Assembly: GCF_009914755.1 (NCBI RefSeq)
Contig: NC_060930.1
Direction: 5' to 3' (one strand)
DNA: 64,000 bases
Origin: the human T2T-CHM13v2.0 reference genome, Homo sapiens
Below are positions 20,690 to 40,723 of this stretch, one piece after another (position 1 is the first letter of the stretch; every line of letters begins with the position of its first letter). The translations under genes were made by a program, and so were the position numbers. Under the pieces are notes generated by a model. It was not told the origin of the DNA and made no database searches. It saw only the letters and a program-made list of their open reading frames with translations.

Positions 20690-23010
20690 CTACTGTCTTG
20701 ATTAGAAATAGAATTTTCATTTACTTCAGTCAACATAATTTCTTTTAGATTAGCCCATGTTGTATATATTTGTAGTTCATTTCTTTATCGTTGAGTAGTA
20801 TTTTATGGTATCGTATATCAGAATTCATTTATCTGTTCCCCTTAACTCTTCTGAGTAAAGATGCTACGAACATTCTTCTACAGATCTTTTTTGTGAACAT
20901 AAGTTTTTATTTCTATTGCTTACATACATAGGAGTAAAATTGCTTGGTCATTGGGTAGATTTATCTTCAACTTAATAAAAAATCATTTTTTTTTCCAAAA
21001 TGGCTATACAGTTTTAAACTCCTAACATTAACGTATGAGAGTTTCAGTTGTTCCACATGCTTGTATTGTTTGGTGTCGTCAGTCTTTAACTACTATAGTA
21101 GGGGTAAAGTGGAATTTCATTATGGCTTTATTTTGCTTTTCTCTGCTGACTCCTGATATTGAGGGTTTTTGTTATGACTTTAGTTTTGTAAAATGTTAAA
21201 TTAGGTTGCCTTTTTATTACTGACTTATTAAGATTATTTATATATATTCTAGTTATGGATCCATTGTCAAATATATTTATTAAATTCTCCTAGCCTGAGG
21301 TTTATATTTTCGTTTTCTCAGTGATGTATTTTGATGAGACTAAGTACAATTTATCTTTTTTTCTTTTATGTTTAGTACTTTTGTGTCCTAAGAAATCTTT
21401 GCCCAAGTCATGAAAAATATTATTCTGTATTTGCTTTAGAGAGCATTAGAATTATAGATCTTACATTTAGGACCATGGGTCATCTTGAATTAATTTTTTA
21501 ATTTGGTGTGAGGTGTATGGGTCAAGATTCTTTCTTTTTTTTTTCTGTTCAGGTTTTTGACATCATTTATTGAAAACACTTTTCTGACTCTATGGAATTG
21601 CCTTAAAATCTTTGTTGAAAATCAATTGACTAATAAGCATGAGTCTATTTCTTGACCTTTTTTCCTGTTGCATTGGCCTGTTATACATCTCTATGTTAAT
21701 AAATACCACACTAACTTTATTGTTATAATATTATACTAAGTCTTGCAGCCAGGTAATAGCATAAGTCCTCCAAGGTTTTCTTCTTTTTTGAGATTGTTTT
21801 GGCTATTCTAGATCTCTTGCAATTCTATATAAATTTTAAATCAAGTGTTAACAGCTCTTTTAGAATTTGTCTAGCAGGTTTTCTGGTTTTTATTGGAAAA
21901 CCTTCCTCCACAGAAAATTTTAAATCATGTCAATTTCTTTTTTTTTTTTTTTTTTAATCCTCTTGGGATTTCAGTTTACATTAAGTAAAATCTATAGATC
22001 AATTTAGGGACAATTACCTCCTTAACCATATTGATTCGGACAATTTGTGGGCATGATATAGCTTCCTATCTAGCTCCCCTTTTATTTAGACCTTCAATTT
22101 CTCTAAAACCTGCTTTTGTAGTTTTTATGCCTGAAGTTTACTCATAAGCATTTTATATTATCTGATACTATTATAAATGGTTTTTAAATTTTATTTTCCA
22201 AATGGTTGCTACTAGGATGTAGAAGTATAATTGATTTTTGCATATTGACCTTATACTTTATTGCTTTGCTAAATTTTTTAGGTAGAGTATTCTATAAATC
22301 TCAATCAGCTCAAGTTGGTCAATAGCGTTATTTAACCTTGGACTGACAGTTTTCTCCCTCTGTTTGAGTACTTTAAAAAGTACCATTATCTTCTGGCCTC
22401 TGTAGTCTGATTAAAAAGTCAGTTATTTATACTATTTTTCCCCTCTGGCTGCCTTTAGGATTTTTCTCCTTGTCTTTGTTTTCCAGCAGTTTGACTATGA
22501 TATGCCTTGTTGCAGTTTTATTGTTTTTGTTGTTGTTTGTTTTTTTTTGTCTTTATCTTGCTTAGGATTTGCTGATATTCTTGGAGCTCTAGGTTATTTT
22601 TATCAGTTTTAAAGAGATTTGCTATTATATCTTCAGATATATTTTCTGCCCCATTTCTTTCCCTCCCTTCTCCCTCTAGTACTCTAATTATATGTATATT
22701 ATATCATTTGATACTCTTGTTTTTCAGCAATTTATCCTCTATGTTCTTCAGACTGAATAATTTCTGTTATTCTGTCTTCAGATTCATTAACTCTTTTCTG
22801 TAGCAACTAATCTGCTCTTAATCTCATCTAGTAAAATTTCACTTCAGATATTATATATTTTACTTCTTAAATTTCCATTTGGTTCTCTTCACGTATAATA
22901 CTTCCATTTTTATGCTGAGAAGCCCTGTCTGTTTACTGTTTATGACCAGCTTCTTTCAGTCATTGGGCAATTTATAATTATTGTTTAAAAGTCCTTGCTT
23001 AGAATTCTAG
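20690..23010 (-). mobile_element. Ancient L1M fragments (3' end, ORF2 and ORF1 parts), continuing at ~24500-24670
   Basis: ttgttgaaaatcaattgac, ttttggctattctag, tctatagatcaatttagg, cagtttgactatgatatgcc. Confidence 0.65.
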
Positions 23011-24490
23011 TTTCTGAGCCAGCATGGAAGAGCTTTGGAAGTTGTTACTCCCATCCTAACCAGAAAAAATCTGAACGAACTGAAAAATCAACAACTCTTC
23101 TTAGATTTATCGGAGAATTAAGGTCACAGGCAAACTCCTGTCCCCAAAATTGGTGAGTCAGATAGCCAGTTACAGAGAATCCCATCTTAATGGAACAAAA
23201 ACCCATGAACAGAAATCACCACTGTAGCCAGTCCTGCAATAGGAAAACTTCTAATTGATGATTCCTGGAGACTCAGTATGGACAGATGAGTTAAAAACTC
23301 CTGGCAGGGGTGAGGGAGGTCTTAGGGGATCCCATACTTTTCATGACTTTCACTTCCAAGAGCCCTCCCAGTTTCTTTCAGTGAAAATTGCAGAAAAGCC
23401 CTCATACTTCCAGATGGTGGGGAGGGAATGTAGCCATTTTGAAATACATCCAGAACATTCTGTCCTTAACAAAATGTGCCTCAGTAGAAACTATCTTATC
23501 AGAGCTTCACTGACCTGGGAGGAAGAGAAATATCCAACTCTAGCCTTCTGTATGGGGGAAATAAAATATCCGTTATCATATGTTATTAGAGAATTACAAA
23601 TCAAAACAAGATAACCACCGTATACCTATAAGAATGGCTATAATCCAAAACACTGACAACAGCAAATGTTGGTGAGATGTGGAGCAACAGGAATTCCCAT
23701 TCATTCCTGGTAGGAACACAAAATAGGATGGCCACTTTGGAAGACACTTTGGTAGTTTCTTACAAAACTGAACATACTCTCATCATATAATCCAGCTATC
23801 ACACCGCTTGGTGTTTACCCAAATGAATTGAAAATTTATGTCCACACAAAAACCTCCACATATAGCAGCTTTATTCATAATCATCAAATTTGGAAGCAAC
23901 CAAGATGTCCTTCAGTAGGTAACTGGATAAACAAACTGTTGTCCATTCATACAGTGGAATGTTATTTAGCAATAAAAAGAAATGATCAGTGAAGCCATGA
24001 AAAGACATAGAGGAAACTTGAAAGCATATTGCAGGCTGAAAGAAGCCAACCTGAAAAATCTACATATATGTATGATTTCAACTATACGACATTCTGGAAA
24101 AAGAAAAACTATGGTGACAGTAAAAAGATCCGGGTTGTCAGGGGCTCTGGGGGACAGAGGGAGGGACAGGTAGGTAGAGCACAGGGGATTTGGGGGGCAG
24201 TAGAAGTATTCTGTATGATACTGTAATGGTATATATATGTCATTATATATTTTTCAAGCCCCATGTACCACACCAAGAGTGAACCTTAATGTAAATAATG
24301 GACTTTAATATTGATATATTAATATTGGTTCATCAGTTGAAACAAATGTACCACAGTAACACAAGATGTAAATAAGAGGGGAAGCTGGATGTGTAGGGGT
24401 GGGGAAGAGGGCAATATGGAAACTCTTCGTACTTTCTGATCAGTTTTTCTGTAAACCTAAAACTGCTGTAAAAAAAAAATAAAGTAACTT
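23010..24490 (+). mobile_element. L1MD/MC-like element: putative 5'UTR (~23010-23570) joined to ORF2 end/3'UTR (~23575-24490)
   Basis: 3' part has clear L1M motifs (gatgtggagcaacaggaa, ggaagcaaccaagatgtccttcagtagg, ctgtaaacctaaaactgct + A tail); 5' part resembles an L1MD 5' end. Confidence 0.6.
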
Positions 24491-25054
24491 TTTAAAAAAT
24501 TGCCTACTTATTCAAACATTTCAATTATCTTGGTGTCTCTTTCTATTGGCTGATTTTATCTCGATTGTAGATTATATTTTCCTGATGCTTTGCCTGTCTA
24601 GTGCTTGTTCCTCAGTGCTTGAAAAAGTCACTTCATGTATTTTAACCAGTTTTACAGTTGTTTGCAGAAGGAAGAGGGTAAGTTCTCCTCTCATGGTCTC
24701 AGTTGACATTAAAATAGAAGTTTTCAGCCCCGGCTGTACATTTGAATTTCTTGGGAACTTAGATCAGTGCTGAATGAGGTCCAGACCTAGGGAACTTTTT
24801 AAAAGTTGTGCAAGTGATTAACAGGGTTAGGGTATCCCTGAGTAACTGTGCTAGAAAGAGTGGGAACTGAAATTTGGCCTGTCCTCCTTGGAGTCTAGTT
24901 GCATCTGCCTGTAGAAGGAGCATGTTTTTGAAATTTATACTTTAAAGCTGCCATATGGATTAGCAGGATCCTAGATTCTAATGTGGACCCATTACCTTCC
25001 AGTAAGGAAACCAGAGTGTCAGTGAATTCTTATTAGCTTTTATTGAGATTTTAA

Positions 25055-25383
<329 letters not shown>

Positions 25384-25788
25384 ATAAAATAGTATTTTCA
25401 ACAGTATTGATGGAACTTATATTCTAGTAGAGGGGAAAAGTTAGGAATAGCTTGTATAGCCATTCTTTTCCACTTTAAGAACCTCTTTACAATGATGCAT
25501 TATTTACTCAAAACATTATGAAGTTTGCATTTTTAAGAAGAGATACTTATTGCTTAAACTACTTGATCTGATATTCTTTGAGTATAACTGTGAATGTCTA
25601 TTTTCTAAATAAATTAAAAGTACTTCTTTCTGGGAACATATTGCTTATTTATAGTATATAATTTGATGCTTTTATATTTCGCAAGGTTTAGGCAGACTTC
25701 CAATTTGGCTATAACTATAAGCATAAACAATATTTTATCACCTTTATGTGTATATATACAAACCACATCTAGCACTTCCAGTAAATAA

Positions 25789-26266
<478 letters not shown>

Positions 26267-26317
26267 AGTAGTGTGATCTTTAATGGGTAATTTTTTTTCT
26301 TTAAATATTCTAACCAT

Positions 26318-28426
26318 AATCTTTGATGTTACTATTGGAATTGTTTTGAAGCACCACAGTTGTGCCCATATATGACAGTGAACTTAATACATGTTGTGTT
26401 TGTTCTGACTGTTTCACCAACTAGCATTCCCTTCATCTCTCTTCCTCTACTTGGGTCTCCATATTCCCTGAGAAACAGCAATATTTAAATTAGGCCAGTT
26501 AATATGCAATGATCTCTAAGTGTTCAAGTGAGAGGAAAAGTTGCAAGTTTCTCAATTTAAATCAGAAGCTCGAGATGATTAAGCTTAGGGAGGAAGGCAT
26601 GTCGAAAGCCAAGATAGACTGCAAGGTAGGTCTCTTGCACCAGTTAGCCAACTTGTGAATGTAAAGGAAAAGTTATTGAAGGAAATTGAAATGCTTTTCT
26701 AATGGAACGATAAGAAAGTGAAACAGCCTTAGTAGTGATGTGGGAAAAGATTGAGTGTTCTGGATAGAAGATCAAACCAGCCACAACAGTGCCTTAAGTC
26801 AAAGCCTAATCCACAGCAGGGTCCTAACTCTTTTCAATTCTATGAAGGCTGAAAGGTAAGGAAGCTACAGAAGAAAAATTTGAAACTAGCAGAGATTGGG
26901 TGTTGAGGTTTAAGGCAGGAAGTCTCCATAACATAAAAGTGTGAGGTAAGGCAGCAAGTTCTGATGGAGAAGCTACAGCACATTATCCAGAAGATCTAGC
27001 AAAAATAATTGATGAAGGTGGCTGCACTAAACAACAGGTTTTCAATGGAGATAAAACAGCCTTCTAGTAGAAGAAAATGCCATCTAGGACTTTCATAGCT
27101 AGAAAAGAGAAATCAGTACATGACTTTAAAGGGCAGGCTGACTCTCTTGTTAGGAGCTAATGTAACTGGTGCCTTGAAGTTGAAGCCAGTACTCATTTAC
27201 CATTCCTAAATTCTAGAGCTCTTGAGAATTATGCAGAATCTACTCTGCTGCATTAACAAAACAACAAAGCCTAGATTACAGCACATCTGTTTACAGCATG
27301 GTTTACTAAATATTTTAAGCCCACTGTTGAGACCTACAGTTCAGGAATAAAAAGATTCCTTTCAGAATATTATTGCTCATTAATATTGCACCTACTCAGC
27401 CAAGACCTCTCATGGAGATATACAAGGAGATTAACGATGTTTCCATGTGGACTAACACAACGATCTATTCTTCAGCCCATGTGATGCATGAGTCATTTTG
27501 ACTTTCAAACCTTATTACTTAAATACATTTTGTAAGGTGTTGGCTGCCCCAGATGGTGATTCCTCTGGTGGATCTGGGCAAAAGGAAAACTTTTGGGAAA
27601 AAATCACCGTTGTAGATGCCATTAAGAACATTCATGATTCAAGGAAGGAGGTCAAAATATCAACATGAACAGAAGTTTGGAAGAGGTTGATTCTAACCCT
27701 CATAGGTAACTTTGAAGGGGTCACGACGAGTGGAGAAAATAACTGCAAATGTGGTATAAATAGCAAGAGAACTAGAATTAGAAGTGGAGCCTGAAGATGT
27801 GACTGAATGGCTGCAATCTCATTATCAAACTTGAATAGATGAAGAGTTGCTTCTTATGGATGAACAGAGAAAGTGGTTTCTTGAGATAGACTCTACTCCT
27901 GGTGAAGATGCTGCGAACATTGTTGAAATAACAAAAGATTTGGAATATTACATAAACTTAGTTGAAAAAGCAGTGGCGAGTCAAGAGGATTGACTCAATT
28001 TTGAAGTTCTACTCTGGGTAAAATGCTGTTAAACTGCATCACATGCTAAGGAGAAATCTTTTGTGAAAGGAAGAGTCAATTGATGCAGCAAACTTCATTG
28101 TTGTAATTTAAGAAATTGCCATAGCCACCGCAGCCACCCTGATCAGCAGCTATCAATATCAAGGCAAGACCTTCCAGCAGCAAAAGTAGCCGAAGGCTCA
28201 GATGATCATTAGCATTTTTAACAATAAAATATTTTTAAAGTATACACATTGGCTTTTTTAAAAAAGGTATAATGCTATTGCACACTTAAGAGACTACAGT
28301 ATAGTGTAAACATAACTTTTATACACACTGGGAAACTGAAAAAATTCATGTGACTTGCTTTATTGCAATATTCACCTTATTGTGGTGGTCTGGACCCTAA
28401 CCCATAATATTTCCAAGGCATGCCTA
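26318..28426 (+). mobile_element. Tigger1 DNA transposon, 5' ~220 bp missing, 3' TIR present
   Basis: gattaagcttagggaggaaggcatgtcgaaagcc transposase start; ends tttccaaggcatgccta-TA. Confidence 0.93.
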
Positions 28427-29311
28427 TACTAAACATACTTTAGTATAGGTATGATATGATATATATGATAATAATTTAGTTGTGAATTTTATTTAATGTG
28501 CTCAGCTTTTAATGCACTAGTATTCCATATTATTAAAAATGCCAGGATATTGGAATATCCATTAAAAGACCTCAAGTATTAATTTTTTATTTATTTTGTG
28601 TGATCTTTTATAGGGGAATTCTAGGCTTTTTTTTTAAGGACGGATATTTCTTCATCACGTTCTCATCATTTCTTGTAACTGCCTGTGTACTTACCTCTGT
28701 AATTCATTTTTCTTTGTCTAATTTGCTCTTTTAATGTGGTGTGGATTGGGAAAGCAAATAACTGAAACCAAGTGCAATTGTATCAACTAGTAAGTATAAA
28801 TCAGCTTTGTAATGAAACAATTTTATGATAATTTTGCTATGAGTTAGTGCAAGGACGTAAAAAACATTTGTTCAGTAAACATTTGCAAGGTGCTTATTTT
28901 TTTCAAGGTAGCATAGATATTAGATAATCTATCAGATATAGACCCTGCACTCAAGATTAGAATCTAATCTGAATGCACATGTATAGAATTGTAATATAAA
29001 TACTGTGTTAGCAATTTGAACAGCATTATTAGAATGAACACAGATACAGGAGTATTTAACTCTGTGAAGCATTAACAAATACTTATTTTGAATGCTTGGC
29101 TGTCTTCCTCCTAGCTTTTGAATAAGTGATGTTGCCAAATAAGTTTTTTTTTAATTGGGCACACAAAATTCATTTTTTATAAATATCAAAAATGCATGCC
29201 AAAATACATACATATACAAAGCAGTAATATATATATTCCCCATATTTGAAATTTAAATTTGTAAATTAAAAATTTTTTTCTGTCAAACTTTTGCCTGAAA
29301 ATTAGCTGTAT

Positions 29312-29329
29312 TGCCATCAGGTGGCAGTC
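29312..29329 (+). promoter_or_regulatory. Candidate CTCF site (CCATCAGGTGGCAG)
   Basis: One mismatch from the CCASYAGRKGGCRS core, in non-repeat intronic DNA. Confidence 0.4.
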
Positions 29330-29489
29330 ATACCTTAGTTATGGCCACACACTACAGTTAATACCCTTAGTTGTAATAGCTACAGCATGATAATTATGCT
29401 GAGAGTGAATTTAGAAAGAACTTCATTTGGGTGCATACAAGAAAGATTTCTGATAACAAGGAGTCTTAATGCAGAAAGGAAAAGGTAAG

Positions 29490-29625
29490 TGTTTGGAGCA
29501 CAAGAACTGGAGTTTCTCAAATCTTCGTTTGAATCACAGGTTTATCGCCTACTAGCTATGTTATCTTGGCCAAATAATTAACCTCTTTGTGTCTTTGTTT
29601 CCTCACCTATTAAATGAAGATAATA
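29490..29625 (+). mobile_element. MIR
   Basis: gtttgaatc...tactagctatgttatcttggccaaataattaacctctttgtgtctttgtttcctcacc. Confidence 0.7.
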
Positions 29626-30316
29626 TCATCCTAGAGGTTTTTTTTTGTTTGTTTTTTCTTCATCATTCAATTTGACATTGAGTTTTTATGTGGTTTAAGT
29701 CAAAGAATTAGAATAAAGTTTTTAGTGTGGAGACTATGAGGTAGAGTACTGTCAAGAAATGATCATTATTGTAGGACTTAGAGAAGGTAGAGAGAGAAGG
29801 AAAAGCAGCTAGCGCCAGTTTCGTAGGTCCAGCTGCAACTGCAGGAATCCAGATAACTTAAAGATGCGTTTTTTTCATGCTTTATAGCCCCAAAGGAAAT
29901 CATCTTAATAGCCAGACAGGCTGTTATTTTTCTCTCACCTTTCCTTTAATGTTGGAGAGGGGAAAAAAGCATTTGGACCACATATGAAAGTAAAGACACA
30001 GAATGCATCCTTCTCATTGATATCTTCTTTTCCCACTTCCCTCATTGACTTGTTTGTCTGAAGACCCAGGTTTATCTGCTTAGGGAAACAAGTTTAGTAA
30101 GTCAGAAATTCACCTGGCCGGATATTGATGACAAGTAAAATAGGTCTCTAATTTGTTGGACATTTAAAACCAAAGAATCCTAGATCTTACTTTGTTTAGA
30201 AAATAATTGTAGATGTAATATAATTTCTCCTCCCTGTACTGTCCAAATAAGACATCTTTTCTGGCTCCTGTTGCCTAATTTTGCTCCAGTAGCTGACAAA
30301 GCCTTTCCTTTCATAA

Positions 30317-30796
<480 letters not shown>

Positions 30797-31061
30797 TAGG
30801 AGGGGAGATGATTTATTTTAAGACAAAAGGTGGTAAAGGCTATGGTGGTAATCATAATAGTTTATATTTATATATGCTTTCCAGATTTATTTCATGCAGT
30901 ACAAAAATACATTGGCAACACTGAAGAGGGAGAAGGGAAGTTTAATTCTGACGGGTGATTGTGGAAGGCGTAATGGAGGCAGTTTCTCTCCTTACCATAA
31001 GATGCCGGATTGACTTTTTAAATACGTCATGTTATTAATACTCTCCTTTGGAATTTTTTAG

Positions 31062-31135
31062 GTACGCAGATTTTCTGAGGCATTCTTTTGTTTTGAGCAT
31101 CCAAGAGAAGCTGCCATTGCATACCAGGAACTTCA
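31062..31135 (+). CDS. FAM135A: FAM135A coding exon ([25 protein letters not shown]), 74 bp, phase 0/2
   Basis: ttttttag|GTACGC acceptor, CA|gtgagt donor; frame continuous with flanking exons. Confidence 0.92.
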
Positions 31136-31604
31136 GTGAGTAGTATAAATTCAAAATTAAAATGATATTACTTCCTTTTACATAAGATACCTGTCTCAGA
31201 ATTTATCAGTGACAGAATATACAGTATTAACAATATAAGAAATTAGGAGAATTTGAATTTCAGAAATCCCATCTATAATCAAATTGTTTCATCTTATTAG
31301 TTACTTCATTAAAGTTCCATACTTTACATATAAAGAAGCATAATGCACTGTATTCCTCCCTCCTTTTTTATCAGATCTACCATAATCTTGGTAGTCTCAT
31401 ACAGCTTTGGCTGTAGCCTTCCATTTAGCCATATTCTGTCTTTATTTTCACAGGCCAGAATTTCTTATGTTCATCCTTTTTTATTACAGATTTTCATATA
31501 TACTGTCTTCTGTAATTGTAAATGATTTACAATTAAAATATCCAGAACAAATGCCTTCTATCTTTCCTACTGAGTAGATTTAGTCCTGGTTTTCTTTGGC
31601 ATTA

Positions 31605-32010
31605 AGGAATATTTTGAGGACATTATGCTGAGCAAAAAAAGCTAGACATTAAAAATTGAATACTGTATGATTCTACTTATATGAAGTTATAAACAAGCAA
31701 AAGCAAGATGGAAAAAAGACAGGACATGGTTTTCTTGGCATTGACTTGTGCTGGATTGGGAAGACATGAGGGAACCATCTGAGTAGATGGAAATGTTCTG
31801 TATCATATATCCATTTGTCAAAAGCATACAGCTAAGATTTATATTTTAATGCATATAAATTATACCACAAAAAAAATCCTGTAAATAATAATAGAGTATC
31901 AGGGTAGGTAGTGAGTGCTGATAGAAAGGGTATATGTTAACTGTTGAAGTTCGGAGGTATGTATATGGGGTATTTTATACTATTCTTTGATTTGTTTGAA
32001 ATTTTCCATA
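31605..32010 (+). mobile_element. L1ME-like 3' UTR fragment
   Basis: cattatgctgagcaaaaaaagctagac, tactgtatgattc, gatggaaatgttctgtatc. Confidence 0.65.
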
Positions 32011-32414
32011 AGACAGGGTTTTCTGTTTTAACTGTTTTGTATTAGAAAATTATACATCTTGTTTTAAAATAGCTGTTAATTTTATTTGTCAATATATGTT
32101 AAGTAGAAACAGTAGAAATGAAACACGTCTTTTTCCCAGCACTAGCATCAAATAATTATTAAGCAGTTAAGCTTTTGGTATTTCTCTTATATGTGATTTG
32201 CAGCAGATTTAGAAGTTGAGACATTAAGCATAGAAATTCACTTTAAAATAACATAAGAAAGTATGGAAGAATATAATGGGAATTACATAAATAATTAGCA
32301 GTCTGTAATTTAATAAGTCAATAATTTATTGCCAACAAACTATCATTTTCATTTTACCAGTTTTTATCGCTGACCAAGCAGCTCTCTCATAAGAAGGTTA
32401 TGTCTTGCAGATGA

Positions 32415-32708
<294 letters not shown>

Positions 32709-32842
32709 TAGTTTTCAGTATATTCTTCCTAATATACATAAAACCATTCCCTAATGTGGAATAGTTTTTTTCCCTCTCTAGTTTTATTTATGTTTGAGGA
32801 TATTAGAAGTTATAGTTAGAAAAAGAAGTCTTAATCATATGA

Positions 32843-35248
<2,406 letters not shown>

Positions 35249-35280
35249 TAAGTAATGGAACGTAATAGTACCTGCTGCTA

Positions 35281-35308
35281 AATATATACATATATATATA
35301 CACACACA

Positions 35309-35360
<52 letters not shown>
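35281..35360. repeat. Compound (TA)n(CA)n(TA)n microsatellite
   Basis: Directly visible; ~25 CA units with one interruption. Confidence 0.95.
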
Positions 35361-36812
35361 AAATCATAGATAGTGCTAAAGGATTGAGTGTCTATTTTGT
35401 TGTCTGGTTTCTGTAATACAAAAGTGCTTCTTTGATGACTATCCGAAATGGAGAAATGAACATAATATACCCTTGGCCAGACAGACCTATAGTTGCTGAA
35501 TGATCGTGCTGTTCTGCTGTTCTATAGGATAGACATTCCTGATACAGATTTTCCAATGGTAGTTTTGTGTTAGAAGTATGGAATAACTGAGCTTAAAACC
35601 CTTTTTTCATCAGTCCCTCATTTCTCCTCCATTAACTTCCAGACAAAAGCCAAGTTTTATGAGTTTATCTAGGAAATAAGGATAATATTAGTTAAATGAG
35701 TAACAGGGTAGTGGAAACTTCTTGAACTTACCAGATGCTGATTGCCTTCAGCTAAGTCATTGGTTTCCAGAATTGAGATTTCATGTACCAGTAAAATATC
35801 CAGAAAAATCTGGCGATGATACAGGTTTACCAGCGTGCACTGGTTCTTAAAATATTCTATTGCCTCAGCCAGACTGAGTCATAATATTTGGGGTAAGAGG
35901 TCTTGGCATGTATATATATAGAGAGAGATTTTTAAAGTTCCCAGATTATTCTGATTTATACACAGAAATTAAGATACATAGTGTCTAAAGCTAGTGAAAC
36001 CACTGAGGTAACAATAGCCAATTAAAAAATTGTGATATGCAGGGAAAATAAAGTTTATATCACCGTCTGGTTACTTCAGATTGTCTGAGTCATCAGAAAG
36101 CAATGATCTCTAATATAGACTTTATATATTTTTGGCCAGCTTATCCTACTCAGTTTAGTGTTCATCAGGTTCCTCTTCCAGCTTCACTTTATCAGTCCAA
36201 ATGATGTATGTTAAATAGTTAATAATTTTTGATGTTTGCAATCCCCAAATTGGTTAGATTGTCCGTCATTGCAAACGAGTATATACCACTAATTGTATGC
36301 AGTCACATTCCCCTCTTCGTTCTGCTCCTTCTTATTGGTATTTTTAGAGAAAAATACAAATAACCTAATCTGCTAAATACTGTAACTCCATTCTCACTGT
36401 TACATTTTGTAAATCACTCCTTCCCTTCCATTTATGCAAGATTAAAAAGGAGCAAAGGGGATAAGATTTCATTACAGGATAAACATCAGATTATCACCTC
36501 TCCAGTCCCTCTCCCAGCTTTTCTGTGCATACAGTGTTAAATTTTGCAGAAAGTATAACTTCACTCAGAATGTTTTCTTAGAGTTGATTTCAAGTTTAAA
36601 AGAATATTTTCAAGTGATTTCAGGTTTAAAGTGTTCATTGTATTTGATAGAATATGTACTACAAATAATAAAGAAAATTACTCTCTGATTTCTAAATCAC
36701 TTAGGTGATGCCACATATTTTCATGGTTTTAAAACCAAATATTGTTGGGTTTCCACTTCTACAATTCTCTAAATTCAGGAGGGTTCTAACAACTGAATAT
36801 GATCCTTAGTAA

Positions 36813-37004
<192 letters not shown>

Positions 37005-37249
37005 TGACATCTATGGATGTAACCCAGAGCAACTCAATATATTTTTTTCCTAATAGATCTCATTTAGTTTCATTTAGTCTTTGAACTAAAAAAAGATTTT
37101 TTAATTGCTTAAATTAATTGAATCTTAAATGCATTCTGAAACAGAAATATGCTTAATTTTAATTATCCTAAGTGTAATATTAGATTCCTTCGTAAGTAAA
37201 TTTTCCATGGAACTGACACTCATGTGCCAACATTTTGTTTAATTTGGGA

Positions 37250-37567
37250 TTTTTTTTTTTCATTATACTTTAAGTTCTGGGATACATACGCAGAACATGT
37301 AGGTTTGTTACATAGGTATACACGTGCCATGGTGGTTTGCTGTCATCTACATTAGGTATTTCTCCTAATGCTATCCCTCCCCTAGTCCCCCACCCCCTGA
37401 CAGTCCCCATTGTGTGATTGTCCCCCTCCCTGTGTCTATTTGTTCTCATTGTTCACCTCCTACTTAGAAGTGAGAACATGTAGTGTTTGGTTTTCTGTTC
37501 CTGTGTTAGTTTGCTGAGAATGATGATTTCCAGCTTCATCCATGTCCCTGCAAAGGACCTGAGCTCA
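37250..37567 (-). mobile_element. 5'-truncated L1PA7-like 3' end (~315 bp)
   Basis: Same 3'UTR type as the L1 at 4178; flanked by a ggattttttttttt TSD. Confidence 0.9.
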
Positions 37568-38049
37568 GTGGATTTTTTTTTTTATCTTCTCTCTTATTGT
37601 TGGTTTTGCCAGCTGTCACCTCCTGGCAGTTATTTTGTCTCCCTTTGATAGTCTTTCTGGTTCCCTTTTACCTGGCTGCTTTAAACTTTGTGTGCTAGAA
37701 AAATCGGTATTTCTAGAAGTTAAAATTTCATTAATTAAGTTATAAAAATTAAATTATAAATACAGGTACCTGGCTTTAGTGCTGGGGTTTTATGACAGCT
37801 GTTTTGGTTACTCAACAGTTTTTTTTTAGATGTAGGAACTGTTAGAAGATGCCAAATATCTCTAGAACAATGCAATATTACTGTATTATGAGATTCTATA
37901 GCAGCAAACTAGATTTTTGTGGATTATGAAAATATTAAACAAATGTCCCTGGTACTAAATTGTCATAAAATTGGAGATTTTTCTTTAAAAAAAAAAAAAA
38001 AACCAGACTCTCAAGAAATAAAATATTCTCAATGCTAACTTTTCTTCCC

Positions 38050-39365
<1,316 letters not shown>

Positions 39366-40353
39366 TCATTTCTCAGTGCAAACTCTGTCTAGTTCAAGAC
39401 ACTTTTGTAAGCAATTATACCAGCCATTCTAGTAAATTTCCAAGAACTGAGGGTCCTGGGAATTTAGTCATGTCAGTGCCTTCTTTTTTACACATTAAAC
39501 CAAAGAAAAATGGATCCCCTTTACAGAGTTTTTAAGATAAGAAAACAAAGTAGTCAGAGGAACCAAATCAGGACTGTAAGATGAATGCCTAATGATTTCC
39601 CATCAAAATTGCCCTCTTCATGAGAATAATGAGTAGGAATATTGTCATGATGGAGAAGGACTCTCTGGTGAAGCTTTTCCAGGCATTTTTCTGCAAAAGC
39701 TTTGGCTGATTTTCTCAAAACACTCTAATGATAAGCAGATATTATCATTCTTTGGTCCTCCAGAAAGTCAAGAAGCAAAATGCCTTGAGCATTCCAAAAC
39801 ACTGTTGCCTTGACCTTTGCTCTTAACTGGTCCACTTTTGCTTTGACTGGACCGCTTCTACCTCTTGGTAGCTATTGGTTTGATTGTGTTTTGTCTTCAA
39901 GATGATACTGGTAAAGCCATGTTTCATTTCCTCTTACAATTCTTTGAAGAAATGCTTTAGGATCTTGATACCATTTGTTTAATATTTCCATTGAAAGCTC
40001 TGCTCTTGTCTGCAGCTAATTTGAGCACAATGGTTTTGACACCCATTGAGTGGAAAGTTTGTTCAACTTTAATTTTTCAGTCAGAATTCTGTAGGCTGAA
40101 CCAATTGAGATGTCTAAGATGTCAGCTATTGTTTGTGCTGTTAATTGTCAGTCATTTTTAATTAGGGCATGAACAAAATGAAGTTTTTCCTCACAAATTG
40201 ATGTGGGTGGTTTACTGCTGTATGCTTCATCTTCAACATTGTTTTTTCCCTTCTTTAAACAAGTTACCCATTTGTAAACTGCTGATTTCTTTGGGGGCAT
40301 TTCCCAATAAACTTTTTTGTAAAGCCTCCGTTATTTCACCATTCTTCCGCTGA

Positions 40354-40723
<370 letters not shown>

